Assembly (NCBI GenBank): GCA_002863145.1
Contig: PKDW01000164.1
Coordinates: forward strand, 25-64,024
Origin: Flavobacteriales bacterium
GTDB lineage: Bacteria; Bacteroidota; Bacteroidia; Flavobacteriales_D; Sanyastnellaceae
Direction: 5' to 3'
Length of the DNA stretch: 64,000 nucleotides
Each line of letters opens with the position of its first letter. Position 1 is the first letter of the stretch. The notes under the pieces were generated by a model, which was not told where the DNA came from, did not search any database, and saw nothing but the letters and a program-made list of their open reading frames with translations. Shown one piece after another: positions 1-5,460 of this stretch. A program made the position numbers and the translations under genes.

Positions 1-157
1 AGCGATCGCAATCAAACATTGTACTTCGACCAAGCAGCGCATTTGATTGAGGGAGGCAGGAAATTTCGTGCATTGCGAGAAGCGCTGATGCATTGAAAGG
101 CCATGCCATGGCGTGCTTTGGAAGTCTGGAACAATCTCCATTTAGAGGCGGCGCAAC

Positions 158-204
158 TGACCAAAGCGGGATGGACGGTGTTCGGCTTCTGTCCCGCCTG
201 GGCC
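158..204 (-). repeat. Conserved 47-nt intergenic box, copy 1 of 3 (function unknown; candidate promoter/operator or leader RNA)
   Basis: Minus-sense GGCCCAGGCGGGACAGAAGCCGAACACCGTCCATCCCGCTTTGGTCA. It shares the invariant 18-nt core GGACAGAAGCCGAACACC and the 3' TTTGGTCA with copies at 3146-3192 and 5270-5316. The flanks are not alignable. Confidence 0.8.
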
Positions 205-346
205 GCGAAATGACAAGTGGGCTCGAGGACTGCGAAACACGTCATCTCCTCGGCATCGCTGGTTTCAAGCTGGCTTGACAACAAGCGATTGACACGAGTT
301 CTAGCAATCGAAACGGACGCAGGGTCATCGTTTCCCCTGGCTTGAA

Positions 347-1000
347 TTAGTGAAAAACAAACTTTTGCCTAAAAATGATTTTGCTTTCGCTCTCAACGGT
401 TACGATATGAAAACCGGACTTGTGTCCCAATGAAAAGGTTCCACAATCGTTGTCTGCGACAAAACTCATCAAGCGAGCTCCTTTCGAGTCATAAAGCCGT
501 GCTTCAGCTCCTGGTGGTACGCCGCACAGCGAAAGGCTGTTGGCCGTTTGTTGAATTTCAATGCCATGAGAAGCGTGATTCATGAGGCCTGTGTTCGAGC
601 CCTCTTCGAAGGATGCCACCCAAGTGACGGTATCTTGGTGCAATTCGTTCGTTTCAATCAGCAGCTGAATTGTACCTGAACCAGGGATGCCATTCGGATA
701 GACGTGACAATTCAAGTATTGTTGGCTGTTTGCCGGAAATGCACTTGTCGATTGAGTTACCCCAATGGGATAACAATTGGGAAAGCAAAATGAATACTCC
801 CATCCGTCAGGGATTTGGGCATCAAGGACATTCCAAGCCACTTCAACTTCCGTGACGGCATTGTAGAAGGTGTTCACGGCAACATCATTGTCACTCGCAT
901 ACCCTACGATGTACAGTGTGTCATTGTCGATCGTGTGTGTTTGACCCAATGCTGGAGTGGCGACCAAAAGGCACCAAAACAAAAGATGGAAATTTTTCAT
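347..1000 (-). CDS. Secreted hypothetical protein with a T9SS-type C-terminal sorting domain
   Basis: 217-aa ORF with signal peptide MKNFHLLFWCLLVATPALGQ. The beta-rich C-terminal tail (LYDSKGARLMSF...HIVTVESESKIIFRQKFVFH) resembles a T9SS CTD. It lies 6 nt downstream of the di-haem peroxidase gene on the same strand. Confidence 0.7.
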   Translation of the reverse strand: MKNFHLLFWCLLVATPALGQTHTIDNDTLYIVGYASDNDVAVNTFYNAVTEVEVAWNVLDAQIPDGWEYSFCFPNCYPIGVTQSTSAFPANSQQYLNCHVYPNGIPGSGTIQLLIETNELHQDTVTWVASFEEGSNTGLMNHASHGIEIQQTANSLSLCGVPPGAEARLYDSKGARLMSFVADNDCGTFSLGHKSGFHIVTVESESKIIFRQKFVFH

Positions 1001-1006
1001 TTCTAG

Positions 1007-2038
1007 TTATTCAAGAGCGATTGACTCGGCCCAACTTATGAAAGAAGCGTCAGTCAAGGAATTCAGAAAGTCCTTGAGATTTTCTTTTTGGGTCTCGGTG
1101 AGTGACAAAGGACCAATTTCTGCAGCCTTGTTTGGGTGAGAGGACCCTCCTGATTGGTAATGATCCATGACGTCGTCAAGGGTTGCAAGACTTCCGTCAA
1201 ACATGTAGGGAGCTGTGACTCCAACATTTCGCAAACTCGGCACTTTGAATTTCCCCACGTCTTGCAATTGTCCTGTCAACAAAGACAAGCCAGGGTCTTG
1301 ATACACTTCGTAAAGTCCATTGTTTGCGAATCGATGATCGGTGAAAAGAAAGCCGTTGTGACATTGACTGCAGCCCACGGAATGAAAGACCTCCAATCCA
1401 GCAATTTCAGAGGGATTGAGTGCCTTATTGTCTCCTTGAAGCCATTGATCGTAACGACTGTTGCCATCCACAAAGCTTCGTTGGAATGCGGCAAGTGCCC
1501 TGGTCACCACATAGGGTGATGGCGTTTCCCCATAAGCTTCGAGACAGGCAAGGCGGTAGGATTCGTCATTTGCCAGGCTGTCAGAGATCGCAACGATGTT
1601 GTGATGGAATTCATTTTCCTCTTGAATTGGAACCAGTGCCTGCATTTCGAGAGTTGGAACCCCTCCCTCCCTGAGGAAATAAGGCAGATAGCCAACGTTG
1701 GAAAGTGCAGGGACGTTTCGGGTGCCCGAGGCCCCTTGGGCACCGCTAGATGTGGGCGTTGCCGACCCAAAAGCACGTGAAGGAATGTGACAGCTGGCAC
1801 ACGATACTGAGCCATCAATTGAAAATTGGGGGTCAAAAAACATCCTTCTGCCGAGCTCCCATCGGTCAGTGTCAAGCGTGTTGTCTTCGGGATGAGACAT
1901 TTCAGGCCAATCATCAGGAGTCGCTCTCCAAGGCAAGTTGACCTCAGTGAGGACGTTGTCCTTGGAACAGGCAGTGCCTAGAAGTGCCAGAGCAACGAAA
2001 AAATTGCATCCAATCCGTCTCATCTTGAGATGACTCAA
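1007..2038 (-). CDS. Di-haem cytochrome c peroxidase / MauG family enzyme (MbnH-like), lipoprotein-type signal
   Basis: Two CxxCH haem motifs (CASCH, CSQCH). Family-typical FKVPSLRNV and YMFDGS motifs. The N-terminus LALLGTACSKD looks like a lipobox. It lies 16 nt downstream of the MbnP-like gene. Confidence 0.85.
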   Translation of the reverse strand: MSHLKMRRIGCNFFVALALLGTACSKDNVLTEVNLPWRATPDDWPEMSHPEDNTLDTDRWELGRRMFFDPQFSIDGSVSCASCHIPSRAFGSATPTSSGAQGASGTRNVPALSNVGYLPYFLREGGVPTLEMQALVPIQEENEFHHNIVAISDSLANDESYRLACLEAYGETPSPYVVTRALAAFQRSFVDGNSRYDQWLQGDNKALNPSEIAGLEVFHSVGCSQCHNGFLFTDHRFANNGLYEVYQDPGLSLLTGQLQDVGKFKVPSLRNVGVTAPYMFDGSLATLDDVMDHYQSGGSSHPNKAAEIGPLSLTETQKENLKDFLNSLTDASFISWAESIALE

Positions 2039-2054
2039 TATGTCACCAAGTCGC

Positions 2055-3014
2055 TCACAGCTTCAAAAAGCGATGGGCCGCAGTAGAAGTTCCACGGGTG
2101 TCCTCGAAGAGTATTTGGTATACCCCTGGTGGCAAATGTTGAACTGAAATGGGCTCATTTGCATTCATCATGCCTTCCAACAACGATTTTCCAGCAGCAT
2201 CGTAAATCACCCACTGCTTTGCCTCGCAGAACTGAGCTCCGTGGAGATGAATGAACTCTGTTGTTGGATTGGGGAAAATTCGAATTTCACGGGCGACCGG
2301 GTGTTCAATCTCGGCAGCCGTTCCGGTCTCAAAGACCAAATCCCGCATGTTGACCATCATTTTCGCAGCGGCCCCGGTTGTTCCGTGTTCGAAAAAACCG
2401 TCATCAAGTGGAAGCGCGACAAACAGGTGTGCATAGTTGGCTTCCAAAGAAAGCATCAAGGCGTCACCTGCCGATTCACCTGAGATGGCATGGCTTTGGT
2501 GGAAAAAGTTTGCGTCCCCCAAGGCATGAACTTGACTTTGGTTGGACAAATTGTCTCCGCTGAAACCCTCAAACGCCAAGAATCGATACCCCGAAGCCCA
2601 ACCCCAGTGCATGCTCGGTTGTTGCGGAGCCAACGGATGGCCAGCGGGGTAAGTCGTGGGATCAATGCCGACATTGTGCGCAGCATCTACGCCAATCCCA
2701 AAAGACACTGATTCTACCGATTGGATGTCCCATTCCCCCAAGGAATGAACTTCATTGTCATCCGCATTGACCAAAATGTATGTGTCAGTGAGTGCGGTTT
2801 CTTGGCCACCATCATGGGTAACAACAAAATCGCACATGTAATACTCCAATCGATCAAAGCTCACTTGCGTTGAATCGACTTCATACGTTTGGCCCAAGAC
2901 GAAGGGCTGACCGTTCACCTTGTGATTCAATTGCAGAACAACTTCAGTTTGAGAAAAGGCCAATGCCTGTGCACAAAAGAGGCAGACGAGTAAGAGAATT
3001 TTCCGATGCTTCAT
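2055..3014 (-). CDS. MbnP-like protein (partner of the di-haem MbnH-like enzyme) fused to a T9SS C-terminal sorting domain
   Basis: Signal peptide MKHRKILLLVCLFCAQALAFSQ. MbnP-like blocks are GQPFVLGQTY..VSFDRLEYYMCDFVVTHDGG and MHWGWASGYRFLAFEG. The C-terminus IRIFPNPTTEFIHL...GVYQILFEDTRGTSTAAHRFLKL is a T9SS type-A CTD pattern. The family call is from memory of MbnP sequences, not from a search. Confidence 0.6.
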   Translation of the reverse strand: MKHRKILLLVCLFCAQALAFSQTEVVLQLNHKVNGQPFVLGQTYEVDSTQVSFDRLEYYMCDFVVTHDGGQETALTDTYILVNADDNEVHSLGEWDIQSVESVSFGIGVDAAHNVGIDPTTYPAGHPLAPQQPSMHWGWASGYRFLAFEGFSGDNLSNQSQVHALGDANFFHQSHAISGESAGDALMLSLEANYAHLFVALPLDDGFFEHGTTGAAAKMMVNMRDLVFETGTAAEIEHPVAREIRIFPNPTTEFIHLHGAQFCEAKQWVIYDAAGKSLLEGMMNANEPISVQHLPPGVYQILFEDTRGTSTAAHRFLKL

Positions 3015-3145
3015 GGGTGGTTTGTTTCTTCAAACGGAATTTAAGACCAAAGGATGTTCCTTCAAATAACTCAGGAAGCATTTTGAACACGGAGAAAAGG
3101 GCAATCGCTGCCACGTCATCTTGCCATGTTTGCGTAAAGCCTGCA

Positions 3146-3192
3146 TGACCAAATCGGGATTGAGGGTGTTCGGCTTCTGTCCTGCGGGGTCC
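3146..3192 (-). repeat. Conserved 47-nt intergenic box, copy 2 of 3, about 130 nt upstream of the mbnP-like start
   Basis: Minus-sense GGACCCCGCAGGACAGAAGCCGAACACCCTCAATCCCGATTTGGTCA. Same orientation and same invariant core as the copies at 158-204 and 5270-5316. Confidence 0.8.
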
Positions 3193-3272
3193 ACCCGGCC
3201 GGATATTGTCCGGATGTCCACTCATTTCTGGGCAACACCGCTCATGGGCCTGCCAGATTCAAACCGTCCGCC

Positions 3273-3749
3273 TCACAATTGCAATTGCATTCTTGTGTTG
3301 GCGCGGTCATACACACAGTCTGCAGGCAGAGGAATCGCCTTGAACCCGAATTTGTGGTAAAGGTGAATTGCACTTGCCAGTGAGGTGTGGGAATACAACT
3401 CCAAGGTCTGGACGTTCCGCAGTCTACAAACATCCATGACGCGGTTCATCATGAGGTGTCCAATTCCTTTGCCGCGATGATTCTGGTGCACGGCCATTTT
3501 GTTCAATTCCATCACACCTTTCCGCCGGGGTGTCAAGGCAAAGGTGGCAATGGCCTCCTCGCCCAAAAGCCCGAAATGGATCTCTCCGCCCGCATCCAAA
3601 ACCTCACGTTCTGGGTTGGACAGAACCTCGATGTCATAAGGTTCAAGAAGGAAGTGTGCCTCTAGCCAAGCTTTGTTCAGGTCAAAAAAGGCCTTGCGAT
3701 AGGCGGGGTCAAAAGAGACAAAAGTCAAGGCATTCAATTCTTGAGTCAT
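3273..3749 (-). CDS. GNAT family N-acetyltransferase
   Basis: 158 aa. Acetyl-CoA binding motif VHQNHRGKGIGHLMM (Q/RxxGxG) with a typical GNAT beta-bulge context. Confidence 0.8.
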   Translation of the reverse strand: MTQELNALTFVSFDPAYRKAFFDLNKAWLEAHFLLEPYDIEVLSNPEREVLDAGGEIHFGLLGEEAIATFALTPRRKGVMELNKMAVHQNHRGKGIGHLMMNRVMDVCRLRNVQTLELYSHTSLASAIHLYHKFGFKAIPLPADCVYDRANTRMQLQL

Positions 3750-3875
3750 GAGTCAAAATCTGGTGGCAGGACATGGAACAAAGTTCGACTTGAAAGTGAC
3801 GGAAGATTTTCAGCTTAATCAAGCTATAAAGTGGAACGCGTTTGGCTGTTCGAATTGCGCCTTAGCTTGCGCGAC

Positions 3876-4379
3876 ATGCGTTTATACTCTACACTTTTCT
3901 TGGGCCTCTTTCTTTTGGCCTCGTGCAATCCTGGAGGGGAGTCTCCAGGGGATGCATCTGCTACACCTTGTGCAAATGGGTTTGCCCCAACTGGAAATCC
4001 AGTGAGCATGGGATCTGAATCTGCGGTTGATTTGGTCAAGGCCATTGATGCTGAGTGGGCCAAAATGGATCTCGATGCCATGCGCAAGTTTTACTCTGAC
4101 ACCTGTGTGTTCGAATGGTTCGATGGCGACCAGTTTCAAGGCTTTGAGGCATTTGCAGAAAAGCTTTCAAAAGACACCCTCGACTACTCTTGGAAGATGA
4201 TGTGGGCTTTCAGCGTGGATGACGATGCCAACGCACCTGGGGCGTGGGTTCATGCCGGATTTGACGAGATCGGGACTTTGGAAGGAGACACGGTCGAAAA
4301 GGCGGTGATTGAAGAGTGGTACATGGTTCAAGACGACCAAGTTCAGTACTACTCCAACTCCAAGCGTTTGACGCCATGA
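3876..4379 (+). CDS. Lipoprotein, NTF2/SnoaL-like fold suspected
   Basis: The internal ATG at 3876 gives MRLYSTLFLGLFLLASCNPGG, a signal peptide plus lipobox Cys. The ORF-track start at 3831 adds a non-signal extension. The fold guess is weak. Confidence 0.6.
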   Translation: MRLYSTLFLGLFLLASCNPGGESPGDASATPCANGFAPTGNPVSMGSESAVDLVKAIDAEWAKMDLDAMRKFYSDTCVFEWFDGDQFQGFEAFAEKLSKDTLDYSWKMMWAFSVDDDANAPGAWVHAGFDEIGTLEGDTVEKAVIEEWYMVQDDQVQYYSNSKRLTP

Positions 4380-4657
4380 GGGACATTCTCGTTGTTGGAA
4401 CCCTCAAAGAGGGACAATTCCCAAAATTCATGGGCTTCATGAAATCTGATGAAGGAATCGCCGAGCGAAGGAAGATCGCTGACTTGAGCAAAACCATTGG
4501 AACGGTGACCCCAGACCAACGCAAAGTCATGTTCAAAATCGCAGTTCACAACATGGATGCATTGCATGCATTTTTGAATGGTTCGAATCCAGTGTCAAAG
4601 CCTGTTTTCGATGCCGTGATGGAGAGCTACGAAATCCACGAGCTCAACCAACTTTAA
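4376..4657 (+). CDS. Hypothetical small protein (93 aa)
   Basis: The ATG at 4376 overlaps the upstream stop (ATGA), which suggests translational coupling. A strong terminator follows. No family recognised. Confidence 0.5.
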   Translation: MRDILVVGTLKEGQFPKFMGFMKSDEGIAERRKIADLSKTIGTVTPDQRKVMFKIAVHNMDALHAFLNGSNPVSKPVFDAVMESYEIHELNQL

Positions 4658-4681
4658 ACTCTCACCGGAAGGCAACCACAC

Positions 4682-4711
4682 AAAAAAAGGCGAGCTCGGT
4701 TCGCCTTTTTT
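4682..4711. terminator. Bidirectional rho-independent terminator between convergent genes
   Basis: AAAAAAA-GGCGA-gctcggt-TCGCC-TTTTTT. The stem is flanked by an A-run and a T-run, so it can work on both strands. Confidence 0.75.
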
Positions 4712-4729
4712 CATTTGTCAGGTTGTAGG

Positions 4730-5170
4730 TCAAGTCTTCGTGACGCCCCCTTTCAAGATCATGGCGATGCGCATCAACATGATGATGGCCAGAATGCCGT
4801 GGAAGACTGCCAGAAGTTGAGGGAAATCAGGCATTGTAAGAATCAACCAAGTTGCAGTTGCGTTGATGATGAAGACTGTGGCAGTCAGCCGCAGTGCCAA
4901 CGTTCGAATTGCCTCGTGCGAAAAGTCTATTTCTTCAGGGACCCAAGGGTACATGATGATTGTTTGACATGCGAATATGCCGACGGACATGATTTCCACC
5001 AGTCCACCTTCTCCTGCGGCCAAACCCAGTAGATTGAAGGTCATCACCATGCCCCCAAAAAGGAAGTATCCTAGACGCACGTAAAACCCTTTTTTGGTGG
5101 CCACGCCAAGCACTGCCATCGCAGTAAAGACCCCGGCAAGCATCACCGGAATCAACATTTCATTTTCCAT
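4730..5170 (-). CDS. Small polytopic membrane protein (146 aa), paralogue of 12202-12657
   Basis: About four hydrophobic helices. It shares LGYFLFGG / LGYLLYAL and VFHGILAIIMLM / VFHGVLAVLPFI blocks with the 151-aa ORF at 12202-12657. Confidence 0.7.
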   Translation of the reverse strand: MENEMLIPVMLAGVFTAMAVLGVATKKGFYVRLGYFLFGGMVMTFNLLGLAAGEGGLVEIMSVGIFACQTIIMYPWVPEEIDFSHEAIRTLALRLTATVFIINATATWLILTMPDFPQLLAVFHGILAIIMLMRIAMILKGGVTKT

Positions 5171-5269
5171 GATCGTAAGTGTTTAAGGTTGAAACAATGT
5201 AGGGCAGGAAGAGGGTGCTTTGGCAGAGCGTGATTCGTTTAAAGCAGGACTTTATCCACGGTCATTGAT

Positions 5270-5316
5270 TGACCAAATCGGGGTGGAGGGTGTTCGGCTT
5301 CTGTCCTGCTGGGTCC
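5270..5316 (-). repeat. Conserved 47-nt intergenic box, copy 3 of 3, about 100 nt upstream of the membrane-protein start at 5170
   Basis: Minus-sense GGACCCAGCAGGACAGAAGCCGAACACCCTCCACCCCGATTTGGTCA. It lies between the terminator at 5368-5400 and the gene at 4730-5170. Confidence 0.8.
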
Positions 5317-5367
5317 GCGAAGCGAGGGGCAAACAAAATCGTGCCCGAACCCGGTTCTCTCAGAGTG

Positions 5368-5400
5368 AAAAGGGGGGCTGACCATTGGTCATTGCCCCCC
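5368..5400 (-). terminator. Rho-independent terminator of the 945-aa surface-protein gene
   Basis: Minus sense: GGGGGGC-aatgaccaatggtca-GCCCCCC followed by TTTT, about 60 nt after the stop at 5461. Confidence 0.75.
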
Positions 5401-5460
5401 TCTTCTCCACGTGTCATACGCTCATGCCTCATGCTTTCGCTGAGGAGCCAACAAGACCTT

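Noticed and set aside
190-206. CCGCCTGGGC on the plus strand of box copy 1, which resembles the conserved 3' element of the ZTP (pfl) riboswitch
   Set aside because: The string is not conserved in copies 2 and 3 (CCTGCGGGGTCC and CCTGCTGGGTCC). No plus-strand gene lies downstream, no purine or folate gene context exists, and the 5' pfl sub-domain is not evident.
12-284. ORFs 12-284 (-), 3030-3221 (-) and 5262-5498 (-), which share the peptide AGQKPNT(L/V)(H/N)P.LV
   Set aside because: The shared peptide is just the translation of the conserved 47-nt box. The rest of each ORF is unrelated and has no start context or codon bias, and the other frames are equally open. I treat these as non-coding repeats.
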